Source: Planktomarina sp. (GTDB taxonomy: Bacteria > Pseudomonadota > Alphaproteobacteria > Rhodobacterales > Rhodobacteraceae). From it: DNA of 64,000 nucleotides. Both the position numbers and the translations under genes were made by a program. Location of the stretch: contig JAHDCF010000008.1 in assembly GCA_020630015.1 (NCBI GenBank), positions 18,000 to 81,999 of the forward strand, written 5' to 3'. This document shows, one piece after another, positions 17,172 to 26,732 of this stretch. How positions within the stretch are numbered: position 1 is the first letter of the stretch; each line of letters opens with the position of its first letter. Below the pieces are notes generated by a model, which saw only the letters and a program-made list of their open reading frames with translations, was not told where the DNA came from and made no database searches.

Positions 17172-17927
17172 TTATGCTTTGGGATCTGGATTTTCTGTGT
17201 GCCCATCCACCGCAATTACTTGGCCGGAAACCATTCGAGATTGAGGTGAACACAAGAAAACAGCCATGTCAGCGATGTCTTCGGCGGCAACCAGCGATCG
17301 CATCGAAACACCCGAAGCGTATCCATCATAAATTGTTTGATAATCAGTACCTTTTGCCTTGGCTTCACGCTCCATGACGCCGGTCATTCTTGGTCCTTCG
17401 ACGGCACCGGGACATATTGCGTTCGCGCGAACACCATCTGGCCCCCACTCCATCGCAAGGGTTTTCATCAATCCGATTATACCCCATTTTGCCGATGCAT
17501 AAGGTGCACGATTTGGAAAACCATATTGTCCAGCAGTTGAAGAGGTTAAAACGATGGCGCCTTTGGTGTCTCTGATCAACTTTCCACCGTGCTTGGCGGC
17601 TAAAAAGGCACCTTCAAGATTAACCGATACGCACCTTTGCCAGTCAGCAAGATTGATGTCTTCTACTGCTGCTGTTGGACCAGCGATCCCTGCATTTGCG
17701 CAAATTGCATCTAGGCCACTCCATCGCGATTGAATATCTGCAAACAGTTTTTCCATTTGCGCTTCATCGGACGCATCAACACAACTGGCCATCCAACTTT
17801 GTGGGCAATCATCGAGGGCGCTTTGATCAACATCCGTCACCCAAACCTGATATCCTGCCTTTTCAAATGACGTGGCCATGGCATGACCAATTCCATTTCC
17901 CCCAGCAGTGATTAATACGCGTTTCAT
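17172..17927 (-). CDS. SDR-family oxidoreductase
   Basis: Contains the ITAGGNGIGHA cofactor motif, the YASAK catalytic motif and NAICPG. It has a 4-nt overlap with the upstream carnitine dehydrogenase gene. Confidence 0.88.
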   Translation of the reverse strand: MKRVLITAGGNGIGHAMATSFEKAGYQVWVTDVDQSALDDCPQSWMASCVDASDEAQMEKLFADIQSRWSGLDAICANAGIAGPTAAVEDINLADWQRCVSVNLEGAFLAAKHGGKLIRDTKGAIVLTSSTAGQYGFPNRAPYASAKWGIIGLMKTLAMEWGPDGVRANAICPGAVEGPRMTGVMEREAKAKGTDYQTIYDGYASGVSMRSLVAAEDIADMAVFLCSPQSRMVSGQVIAVDGHTENPDPKA

Positions 17928-19360
17928 CGTTTCCCCACCATACGGCCCATCCCGTCAGGCGGGGTTAATTTTGAATGCAATCCAGCAACCTTAGCCAGTT
18001 TTTGAGCCACAGCGTCTCCCGGAACACTCGCTTTTCGAGTTTCAAGGCTGACGTGGATCAGCATATGTTCACCCGTTGCCAACAATCTGTCGCCGCTGAA
18101 CATTTGATGAAACAAATGCATCTTCTTGCCAGCCCCATCCGCACAGAACGTTTGGATGTGGATTTCGTGACCGGCGTGCACTTCATCAACGTGTCGAATA
18201 TGGGTTTCGGCGGTAAAATAGCTTCCACCCGTTGAAATATATTGCGCGTCACAGCCAACGATTTCCATAAAACGATCAGTTGCATCTCCGAAGGCCTGCA
18301 AATATCGCGCTTCATTCATGTGTCCATTATAATCCGTCCAATCCAGAGGCACGACACGGCGCACTGTTTCAATCAAACCGGCAAAGTCAGGGGGTGATTG
18401 TTTACTCTCTGCTTTGTTCAAAAGCGCCCCTGCCCCCCAGTCTTGGGCCTTCAAGGCACGCATCATACCTACAAGGTTGTTGTCACGAATTCGTTCAAGT
18501 TCACGAATTGAGTAAGCGCCTGATTGATCATCTGATTGTCCGGCGATCAAATCAACCAATTCATCGTTGAATTCGGGAACATCCATCAATTTGGTCCAAG
18601 GCCATTCCAAGGCTGGTCCAAACTGCGCCATAAAGTGTTTCATACCAGCTTCGCCACCCGCAACGCGATAAGTTTCAAACAAACCCATTTGGGCCCATCG
18701 TATGCCAAAACCATATCGAATGGCGTTGTCGATTTCTTCGGTTGTGGCGATCCCATCTTTGATCAACCAAAGTGCCTCACGCCAGACAGCTTCAAGAAAC
18801 CGATCCGCAATATGTGCATCGATTTCTTTGCGAACGCGCAAAGGATGCATCGCAATGCCTTCAATTATTTCACATGCGTGATCCACAAAAGCTTTCGCAT
18901 TTTTTTCGGTTGCAACCACCTCAACCAAAGGCAGCAAATATACTGGATTAAATGGATGACAGACCAAAATCTGCTCGGGCCTTACCGCACAACCTTGCAA
19001 TTCAGATGGCTTAAAACCCGAAGTGGAAGACCCAATTATTGCGTCGTGGGCACAGGCCGCTTGCAGCGCTTGATAGACTTTCTGTTTAAGCTCAAGCCTT
19101 TCGGGAACGCTTTCTTGGATCCAGATTGCCCCATCAACAGCGTCAGACATTGTTTCGTGAAATGTGAGGTTGCCTTCGGCAGGAACACCCTTATCAAAAA
19201 GTCCTGGATAAGATCTGCGTGCATTATCCAAAACCTCGCCAATCTTTCGTTCGGCTTCAGGATCAGGATCAAACACGCGGACATTCCACCCATTCAAAAG
19301 GAACCGCGCGGCCCACCCGCCACCGATAACACCACCACCAATGATTGCTGCCGTTTTCAT
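17924..19360 (-). CDS. lcdH: L-carnitine 3-dehydrogenase fused to a C-terminal thioesterase-like domain
   Basis: The N-terminus is AAIIGGGVIGGGWAARFLLNGWNVRVFDPDPEAERK, the 3-hydroxyacyl-CoA dehydrogenase fold typical of carnitine DH. The C-terminal ~150 aa is hot-dog-like. The gene is linked to a BKACE gene. Confidence 0.8.
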   Translation of the reverse strand: MKTAAIIGGGVIGGGWAARFLLNGWNVRVFDPDPEAERKIGEVLDNARRSYPGLFDKGVPAEGNLTFHETMSDAVDGAIWIQESVPERLELKQKVYQALQAACAHDAIIGSSTSGFKPSELQGCAVRPEQILVCHPFNPVYLLPLVEVVATEKNAKAFVDHACEIIEGIAMHPLRVRKEIDAHIADRFLEAVWREALWLIKDGIATTEEIDNAIRYGFGIRWAQMGLFETYRVAGGEAGMKHFMAQFGPALEWPWTKLMDVPEFNDELVDLIAGQSDDQSGAYSIRELERIRDNNLVGMMRALKAQDWGAGALLNKAESKQSPPDFAGLIETVRRVVPLDWTDYNGHMNEARYLQAFGDATDRFMEIVGCDAQYISTGGSYFTAETHIRHVDEVHAGHEIHIQTFCADGAGKKMHLFHQMFSGDRLLATGEHMLIHVSLETRKASVPGDAVAQKLAKVAGLHSKLTPPDGMGRMVGKR

Positions 19361-19373
19361 TTTCTAATCCTTT

Positions 19374-19715
19374 TCAACCTGCAGACAGATTTGTGATCTG
19401 CTGCAAATATATTACCGCTAAAAGGCCAAAGCTCATGATGCCGATAAGCCACCCCAAAATCACGGCCCCAAACCCAATCTTTACTTGTAACGTGCGCCCC
19501 ACCAAAGCGCCCAAAAACGTGGGCCCCGAAGCGGCAAGCACAAGCGCTCCGAATGATTGCAACATTGATTTTGGTGTCCCCAATGTAGCCGCTGTTATTG
19601 CAAAGATGGATACTGCCAAAAGAACGAGCATCCATTCACGATATCCGTTCGAATAGCTGACATGGCCAATTGCCACAAATATCAAGACGATCAGTAAAAG
19701 TGGCAAAAGTCCCAA
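19374..19715 (-). CDS. Small integral membrane protein (about 4 TM), unknown function
   Basis: A hydrophobic 113-aa ORF wedged between the BKACE and carnitine DH genes on the same strand. It has a TTG start. Confidence 0.5.
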   Translation of the reverse strand: MGLLPLLLIVLIFVAIGHVSYSNGYREWMLVLLAVSIFAITAATLGTPKSMLQSFGALVLAASGPTFLGALVGRTLQVKIGFGAVILGWLIGIMSFGLLAVIYLQQITNLSAG

Positions 19716-19719
19716 GTTT

Positions 19720-20634
19720 TCACCCTTTAGGCGCGCGTTTCACCAAGCCAAGCTTTTCTCGCACCTCATCAGGGCCGATCACACGAGCGCCTAAATTTTC
19801 GATGATGGTCACGGCCTTTTCGACAAGCTGATAATTTTCAGCCAAAACACCACGTTCCAACATCAAATTATCTTCTAACCCGACGCGAACATTACCACCT
19901 GCTAAAACTGAGGCTGCTACGTATGCCATTTGATTTCGCCCAAGCCCAAATGCACTGAATGTCCAATCGTCCGGGACGTTATTCACCATGGCCATGAATG
20001 TGTTCAAATCGTCTGGCGCACCCCATGGCACTCCCATACACAGCTGAACCAAGGCCGGGTTTTCCAAAACGCCATCCTTTACAAGCTGCTTTGCATACCA
20101 AAGATGGCCGGTGTCGAAGGCTTCGATCTCTGGCTTAACGCCAAGATCCGTCATCATTCGCCCCATTGCCGTCAGCATCCCGGGGGTATTGGTCATAACA
20201 TAATCTGCTTCGGCAAAATTCATGGTGCCGCAATCCAGGGTGCAGATTTCAGGTAAACATTCTGCCACATGGGCAACACGTGCGCTGGCACCAATCATAT
20301 CAGTACCCGCATCCTGTAACGGCAACGGATTTTCGACGTCGCCAAAAACCATGTCACCCCCCATTCCGGCGGTCAGGTTCAGCACCACATCAACCTCTGA
20401 ATCGCGAATACGATCTGTCACTTCGCGGTAAAGCGCAAGATCCCTTGATGGTGCGCCAGTTTCAGGATCACGTACGTGACAATGAACCACTGCGGCCCCT
20501 GCTTTGGCTGCGGCGATTGCACTTTCCGCTATTTGTTCCGGGCTGCGCGGGACATGCGGGCTTTTGTCTTGGGTGCCACCTGATCCTGTGACAGCACATG
20601 TCACGAACACGTCTCTATTCATTGTAAGTGGCAT
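19720..20634 (-). CDS. BKACE-family (3-keto-5-aminohexanoate cleavage enzyme-like, DUF849) enzyme; probable dehydrocarnitine cleavage enzyme
   Basis: VFVTCAVTGSGGTQDKSPHVPRSPEQIAESAIAAAKAGAAVVHCHVRD is the canonical BKACE N-terminus. Confidence 0.85.
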   Translation of the reverse strand: MPLTMNRDVFVTCAVTGSGGTQDKSPHVPRSPEQIAESAIAAAKAGAAVVHCHVRDPETGAPSRDLALYREVTDRIRDSEVDVVLNLTAGMGGDMVFGDVENPLPLQDAGTDMIGASARVAHVAECLPEICTLDCGTMNFAEADYVMTNTPGMLTAMGRMMTDLGVKPEIEAFDTGHLWYAKQLVKDGVLENPALVQLCMGVPWGAPDDLNTFMAMVNNVPDDWTFSAFGLGRNQMAYVAASVLAGGNVRVGLEDNLMLERGVLAENYQLVEKAVTIIENLGARVIGPDEVREKLGLVKRAPKG

Positions 20635-20759
20635 TTGCCTCTCCCCGTTAATTTACCTCAGTTCGAACGATTCCTATGAACGACGCAAGATCAAAACCGA
20701 CCTTACGTCGCTTATTCGCTGCTTTGCGAAAATTAATGTTTGTTTGCTTTGGAACGAAA

Positions 20760-21803
20760 TTAGTAAGGCATCGGAAACGCGCGATGCGTTTGGTTCAAAT
20801 CACGCAAAACCACATCATCAAGTTCGAGGTCTTTGCCTTTAATAATATGAGCCAATTGTTCGGCGGTGGTCGCACCAAAAATAGCGGTTCCCATAAACGG
20901 TCGTGATTGGCAAAAGGCCAATGCCATGTGAACGGGATCCAAATCATGTTTCTGGGCAATCTGAACATAAGCAGATGCGGCCTCATGCGCCCGATTTGTG
21001 TCGCGCCCACCTAAGCCAGATGCGATTGATTTCCGGCTTCCTTTTGGTATTGCCCCATTTGCATATTTGCCGGTCAACAGTCCTGTGGCTAATGGTGAAA
21101 ATGCGAGCAGACCCACGTCTTCATTCACGCTCAATTCCGCTAAGTCGGTGTCATATAACCTGCACATTAACGAATATTCGTTTTGTATCGTGGCAACCCG
21201 TGGACCATGGCCGGCATCCGATAAACGCAACCATTCCGAAGTTCCCCAAGCGCTTTCATTCGAAAGCCCAAAAGACCGAATACGCCCCCGATCCACCTCT
21301 TTTTGAAGCGCTTCTAATACCTCCACCATATTTTCCAGAGTTTCATCACGGTTTTGACGAGATGGGTCATAATTCCAGTTTTGGCGGAACATATAAGATC
21401 CGCGATTTGGCCAATGTAGCTGATACAAATCAATGTAATCAGTTTTCAAACGTTTCAAGCTTCCGTCGATCGCGATCGAAACGCTTTCCCCCGTAATCCC
21501 ACTGCCATTTCGGATATGTTTTATCCCGTTACCCGCATGTTTAGTTGCAATCAGAACCCGATCTCGCATTCCCGATTGTTTTGCCCAGGCCCCTACGATT
21601 TCTTCCGATCGACCTTGAGTTTCAGCACTGATTGGATTCACAGGATACATCTCGGCCGTGTCAAAAATATTGATCCCGGCATCAATTGACATATCCATTT
21701 GGCGAAAAGCATCGTCAGTTGGTGTTTGTGTACCAAATGTCATCGTTCCGAGGCAAAGATCTGACATCACCATATCGGTGCGTCCCAATCTGTTTTGTTT
21801 CAT
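20760..21803 (-). CDS. Aldo/keto reductase (Tas-like, NADP(H)-dependent)
   Basis: Contains LGTMTFG, INIFDTAEMYP, LYQLHWPNR and FGLSNESAWG. Confidence 0.88.
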   Translation of the reverse strand: MKQNRLGRTDMVMSDLCLGTMTFGTQTPTDDAFRQMDMSIDAGINIFDTAEMYPVNPISAETQGRSEEIVGAWAKQSGMRDRVLIATKHAGNGIKHIRNGSGITGESVSIAIDGSLKRLKTDYIDLYQLHWPNRGSYMFRQNWNYDPSRQNRDETLENMVEVLEALQKEVDRGRIRSFGLSNESAWGTSEWLRLSDAGHGPRVATIQNEYSLMCRLYDTDLAELSVNEDVGLLAFSPLATGLLTGKYANGAIPKGSRKSIASGLGGRDTNRAHEAASAYVQIAQKHDLDPVHMALAFCQSRPFMGTAIFGATTAEQLAHIIKGKDLELDDVVLRDLNQTHRAFPMPY

Positions 21804-21867
21804 AAGTTGGGTCCTTTCATTATGCCAAGGCTAGCTTCTCTTCCCCCAATCGCAAGTAAGACTTGAA

Positions 21868-21882
21868 GAACAAAACATGAAC
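21868..21882. promoter_or_regulatory. Alphaproteobacterial LexA (SOS) box, GAAC-N7-GAAC
   Basis: Exact match GAACaaaacatGAAC. It overlaps the first ATG of the imuA-like ORF. Confidence 0.7.
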
Positions 21883-22452
21883 TCTTATGTACACTGTATG
21901 ATCCAAACAGATTTTTTCCAAAAGCTTGAGCCGAACGAAGGTACAAACATTAAAAAAACCAAAGGTTTTGAAGTTTTACCAAACGTCGTCATGAACTTCG
22001 GCCGTGTCCATCAGATCCTCGGCGATGCACGGCATGAAGCAGCATCAAAAATTGCAAAAAATTGTTGTGAGACCGTTTTGTGGATCACGCCCGATTGGAT
22101 GAAAGAAACGCGTCCCGATTTCAAGGGGGCGACAAATATCAACTGCATCTCTCCTCACAGATCAGAAGACATTTTGGCATGCACGGAAATGGGCCTTCAG
22201 CAACGATCAGCCACCTTGGTAATTGTCGACTTACCAGGGCAACCTGCCATTTCCTCTATGCGCAGGCTTCAGTTGGCCGCCGCAAATCACTTGGATGTCG
22301 AAAGATTTCCTTCGATATGTATCATCCTTACACCCGAAACCCGGAGACCTGTGGGAATTAAATCCGCTTGGATCGCCGATGAAAATGGTCTGCGGCCACA
22401 CGAGCATTTAATGAGAGATCACTTGAAAAGCAGACGTTTGCTTGCGCACTAA
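21877..22452 (+). CDS. ImuA-like (SulA/RecA-fold, SOS mutagenesis cassette-type) protein, orphan
   Basis: The pattern ..HQILGD..(25)..VLWITPDW..(50)..LVIVDLPG...SSMRRLQLAAAN parallels the ImuA pattern HEi...VLWi...vVvaEl...RRLqLAAe. A perfect LexA box sits at its 5' end. The true start may be a downstream Met (21898 or 21991). Confidence 0.55.
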   Translation: MNSYVHCMIQTDFFQKLEPNEGTNIKKTKGFEVLPNVVMNFGRVHQILGDARHEAASKIAKNCCETVLWITPDWMKETRPDFKGATNINCISPHRSEDILACTEMGLQQRSATLVIVDLPGQPAISSMRRLQLAAANHLDVERFPSICIILTPETRRPVGIKSAWIADENGLRPHEHLMRDHLKSRRLLAH

Positions 22453-22517
22453 AATACATCCGTGCAAACTCACAAAAACGGGGTGTTCCCAACTGCGTTG
22501 TGTGCCACTAAGGTGCT

Positions 22518-23735
22518 ATGCGTCTTTTGATTTCGTTCACGGCATTATTTTTATCGGTGATTTTGCTTCAGATCTCTTCTGGGGGCGTGGGATCACTTGA
22601 TGCAATTATTGGTTTATCCAAAGGATTTACTGTTTCAGAAGTTGGCTTATTGGGATCTGCCCATTTCATTGGTTTTTTCATAGGATGCTGGTGGGCACCC
22701 AGAGTTTTGGGAAGCGTTGGTGCGTCTCGTGCATTCGCGGCCTTTGCCGCGCTTGGTGCAATAGGTTTGCTGGGACACACTTTAACAGATGCATCTTGGA
22801 CTTGGGCGGTCTTGCGCATCGCATCTGGTATATGTATCGCGGGATGTTACACGGTAATCGAAGCTTGGCTTCAATCCAAAGTGACAAACGAAACGCGTGG
22901 ACGGGCCATGGGCGTTTACCGCTTTGTCGACATCAGCGGATCATTACTTGCGCAAATTATGATTGGTGCGCTTGCATCCGTGGAGGTTTATGTCGCTTAC
23001 AATCTTCTTACCCTTTTTTGCTGTGCGTCTCTTCTCCCTTTGGTTCTCACCACCTCGCGCCCGCCTGAATCAACAAAGGCGCCGCGATTGCGTCCTGTTT
23101 TGGCATTCAAGCGCTCTCCTTTGGCGGTCGCAGGTGTCACCGTCGCAGGATTATCTACTGCCTCATACCGGATGGTCGGTCCTGTTTACGGTGACGCAGT
23201 TGGGCTTTCACCCAATCAAATAGGTTGGTTCCTTGCGTTGTTTGTTGGCGGGGGTGCCATTGCGCAGCTGCCTGCAGGCTGGATCGCCGATAAGTTTGAC
23301 AGAAGACCAGTGCTGATCGCCGTTTCAATCCTGTCTATCTTCGCTTGTGGGATTTCGATGAACACGATGAGTACAAGCGCAATTTTTATGGCGTCCTTTG
23401 TTTTCGGTTTCATCACGTTCCCGATTTATTCAATCGCGGCCGCACATGCCCATGATTTTGCACAACCCCAAGAAAGGGTCGAACTTTCAGCAGCGTTGAT
23501 GTTCTATTACGCAGTGGGCGCAATCAGCGCGCCTGTAATAACTGCGAGGTTAATCGGCACGCTGGGTCCGTCTTCGTTCTTTGTATTTATCGCAGTTGCT
23601 CACCTCGCGCTTGCTGTATTTGGAGTTTGGCGCTTGCTTGTTGGGGATGAAGTCGATGAAAAAACATCCTATGTATACGCACCCCGCACCACATTCATCA
23701 TTGGAAGATTGATGAAACGAATGCGCGAACGTTGA
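22518..23735 (+). CDS. MFS transporter
   Basis: A 12-TM hydrophobic profile with a loop 2-3-like motif. Confidence 0.8.
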   Translation: MRLLISFTALFLSVILLQISSGGVGSLDAIIGLSKGFTVSEVGLLGSAHFIGFFIGCWWAPRVLGSVGASRAFAAFAALGAIGLLGHTLTDASWTWAVLRIASGICIAGCYTVIEAWLQSKVTNETRGRAMGVYRFVDISGSLLAQIMIGALASVEVYVAYNLLTLFCCASLLPLVLTTSRPPESTKAPRLRPVLAFKRSPLAVAGVTVAGLSTASYRMVGPVYGDAVGLSPNQIGWFLALFVGGGAIAQLPAGWIADKFDRRPVLIAVSILSIFACGISMNTMSTSAIFMASFVFGFITFPIYSIAAAHAHDFAQPQERVELSAALMFYYAVGAISAPVITARLIGTLGPSSFFVFIAVAHLALAVFGVWRLLVGDEVDEKTSYVYAPRTTFIIGRLMKRMRER

Positions 23736-23786
23736 ACAGGGCTGGGCATTGCCAATTTGCTTGGTTAGATATGCCCAGAGCGCCAG

Positions 23787-25520
23787 ATGAACGGTAAAAT
23801 CATGCAAAAACGAATTCTGATCACATCAGCGATCCCATATATCAACGGGATTAAGCACCTTGGAAATTTAGTAGGAAGCCAATTACCCGCTGACTTGTTT
23901 GCAAGATACAACCGCGCAATTGGCAACGAAGTTTTGTTTCTATGCGCCACTGACGAACATGGTACCCCTGCTGAACTTGCGGCTGCAAAAGCTGGCAAAC
24001 CCGTCGCAGAATATTGTGCGGAGATGCACGACGTTCAAGCCAATCTGGCCAAAGGTTTCCAGCTTTCCTTTGATCATTTTGGTCGTTCCTCCAGCCAACA
24101 AAACAAAGAACTGACGCAACATTTTGCAGGCCAATTGGCCAAAAATGATTTCATCGAAGAAGTGGATGAAAAACAAGTATATTCACACGCAGATGGCCGT
24201 TTTTTGCCTGATCGATATATCGAAGGCACCTGCCCAAATTGTGGGTATGATAAGGCCCGTGGCGATCAATGTGAAAACTGCACAAAACAATTAGACCCAA
24301 CCGATCTGTTAGAACCAAGATCAGCAATTTCAGGTTCCACAGATTTGGAAGTGCGCGATACGCGGCATTTGTATCTCAAACAAAGTGCTCTGAAAGATCA
24401 GCTCAACAACTGGATCGACGGAAAAATCGATTGGCCTGTATTGACCACTTCGATTGCTAAGAAATGGTTAAATGATGGAGAAGGACTTCAGGATCGCGGG
24501 ATAACGCGTGATTTGGATTGGGGTGTCCCGGTCAAAAAAGGTCTTGAAGATTGGACCGGTATGGAAGGGAAAGTCTTCTATGTTTGGTTCGACGCACCCA
24601 TTGAGTACATCGCCTGTGCTCGCGAATGGGAAGACGCTGGGAAGGGTGAAAATTGGGAAAGCTGGTGGCGTACTGACAAAGGTGCGCAGGATGTCACCTA
24701 TTATCAATTTATGGGTAAAGATAACGTTCCGTTCCACACTTTATCATTCCCCTCAACGATCATCGGATCGAAAGAACCTTGGAAGCTGGTTGATTACATA
24801 AAGTCTTTTAATTTTCTAACCTATGACGGCGGGCAATTTTCCACCAGTCAAGGACGCGGTGTCTTTATGGATCAGGCGCTTGAAATTCTTCCTTCTGACT
24901 ATTGGCGTTGGTGGCTTCTCAGCCATGCCCCAGAAAATTCAGACAGTGAATTCACTTGGGTTAATTTCCAGCAAGACACAAACAAGGACCTTTCGGATGT
25001 ACTGGGAAATTTCGTCAGTCGCGTAACAAAATTCTGTCGATCAAAATTTGGCGAGATTGTCCCTGCAGGGGGTGAATTAGACGAGCGTGCTCTGAAGCTG
25101 ATCGAAGAAATGCAGTTGAAATTTGATGCTTACGAACGCCATATGAATGCCATTGAAATTCGCAAGGCCGCCGCAGAATTGCGTGCGATGTGGGTTTTGG
25201 GGAATGAATTCTTGCAATCGGCTCAACCTTGGGCGGTTTACAAGACCGACCCGGAGGCGGCTGCCGCAATTGTGCGCCTGTCTTTGAACCTCATTGCGTT
25301 CTATGCGACAATTTCTGCCCCATTCATCCCTGAAGCCGCCGAGAAAATGCTGCGGGCCATGCAGTTACCCAAAGCCAAGTGGCCCACATCCATAGAAAAC
25401 ACATTGCATACATTACCAGCAGAGACTTCTTTCACGGTTCCTGAAAATCTTTTTTCCAAAATATCTGATGAAGATCGTCAGATCTGGGAAGAAAAGTTTT
25501 CAGGGAAACGTGGCGCCTGA
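23787..25520 (+). CDS. metG: Methionine--tRNA ligase
   Basis: Contains [17 protein letters not shown] (the HIGH region), the zinc knuckle [17 protein letters not shown] and a KMSKS-equivalent FSTSQG. Confidence 0.95.
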   Translation: MNGKIMQKRILITSAIPYINGIKHLGNLVGSQLPADLFARYNRAIGNEVLFLCATDEHGTPAELAAAKAGKPVAEYCAEMHDVQANLAKGFQLSFDHFGRSSSQQNKELTQHFAGQLAKNDFIEEVDEKQVYSHADGRFLPDRYIEGTCPNCGYDKARGDQCENCTKQLDPTDLLEPRSAISGSTDLEVRDTRHLYLKQSALKDQLNNWIDGKIDWPVLTTSIAKKWLNDGEGLQDRGITRDLDWGVPVKKGLEDWTGMEGKVFYVWFDAPIEYIACAREWEDAGKGENWESWWRTDKGAQDVTYYQFMGKDNVPFHTLSFPSTIIGSKEPWKLVDYIKSFNFLTYDGGQFSTSQGRGVFMDQALEILPSDYWRWWLLSHAPENSDSEFTWVNFQQDTNKDLSDVLGNFVSRVTKFCRSKFGEIVPAGGELDERALKLIEEMQLKFDAYERHMNAIEIRKAAAELRAMWVLGNEFLQSAQPWAVYKTDPEAAAAIVRLSLNLIAFYATISAPFIPEAAEKMLRAMQLPKAKWPTSIENTLHTLPAETSFTVPENLFSKISDEDRQIWEEKFSGKRGA

Positions 25521-25646
25521 CTTAAAACAAGCAAAGTTGAAATGGAACATCCACACAGGTTTTCGTTTCCACTAAACTGTTTAAAATTCAGCTACACCAA
25601 TTCTTTGAAAGTAATGATATTAGACAAAGCTGCGCGGAAAAAATCG

Positions 25647-25676
25647 CGTGGTCACATTCGTGACCACGTCAATTTT
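25647..25676 (+). terminator. Putative Rho-independent terminator downstream of metG
   Basis: A perfect 9-bp stem, cgtggtcac-attc-gtgaccacg, followed by tcaatttt. Confidence 0.55.
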
Positions 25677-25807
25677 GAGTGTTCTGTAAATCTGGTTTAA
25701 CCAATGCTGAGATCGTCTACATACCCCACCCTTCTAGGTTTGTCCCACCTCACGGATTGATCGAAGGTTTGGGGCGTGCGTTCAAAAATTGATAATAAAC
25801 GTCAAAT

Positions 25808-26224
25808 TCAAATCTCATTTAGTTCGTACTTATACCACGACCATTCCTCAGCCGACTGAGGCTCTAGGGTTTCTGGTCGTATTGCGGGACGCGGAGATTT
25901 GATTGGAGCAGATGTTATTGAATCAGGGGCATGCGCCACTTGCCACAGTGGACCAAAACGTTTGTAGTGTATTGCCTCAAGGATCACGGCATTCGTGTTA
26001 AGGCTCAACGCCTTATTCATCGCTCCGGTTTTTTCATAAACACCAGCCATCCATCCACGCTCACGATCGGCGAGATGACGTATTCTGGATCTCGCCAATT
26101 GCGTATATTCCGTTTCATAGATAGCATCCCAAGCAAATGTCTCTGGACTTGTCACGATTTTGTGCCCCTCCAATGGTAGTGTAGACTCGACCTTATGCAC
26201 CAAAAGCACCAGCCCACCAGCCAA
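25808..26224 (-). pseudogene. Probable 3' remnant of a longer gene (C-terminal part resembles (alpha/alpha)6 DUF3131-type proteins)
   Basis: The ORF has only a TTG start, no RBS and no N-terminal domain. The sequence ..MNKALSLNTNAVILEAIHYKRFGPLW.. looks like the end of a larger glycan-active protein. The upstream region contains stops in all frames. Confidence 0.35.
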
Positions 26225-26366
26225 TTTCCCGCACAGCAGTGAGACGTGATTAAGGCTTTAGTGTTGCTCATTTTACTAAATCATTTCCAAGGTTTGGATA
26301 TATTCAAAAAGAATTGGCGGGATTGTCACTTTTCTACCAATGACGTTAATCAAATTAACGCGTCCA

Positions 26367-26601
26367 TCACCCGTCCAACGACACCATAAATTGAGTTAAA
26401 AAACTCTTTTCGTTTGACGAGTATTGTGTAAATGAAAGCCAATATAAAGAGTTACTGCTTTGGGACAATTGCGAGCAGTGTAAACAAACGCACGCACTAG
26501 TAACGCTGACCGTTTGAATCAGATGTTGCATGAAGACCAACCATTGAAACACCCGCAGCCAAGCGAAGTGCATCAATCCATGTTTGTCGTGTATTCGACA
26601 T
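26367..26601 (-). pseudogene. Decayed acyltransferase-3/OpgC-like gene (N-terminal 34 codons intact, then multiple stops)
   Basis: The ATG at 26601 follows a strong AGGGGG RBS. It encodes MSNTRQTWIDALRLAAGVSMVGLHATSDSNGQRY and then TAG. The W-x-D-x-L-R-x-x-A...H pattern is the acyltransferase_3 start. Hydrophobic segments continue downstream but are broken by stops. The lower boundary is arbitrary. Confidence 0.4.
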
Positions 26602-26732
26602 TTTGCCCCCTGTTCGTCTGAAACAAACCTGCAGGTGAACGCTGAACAAAAGATGAACGTTAGAAACTTTTTTCTGTAGGCTTTTATTAATCCCAACTGG
26701 TTATGCACTCCCCAACAAATAGGAGGCTTTTC

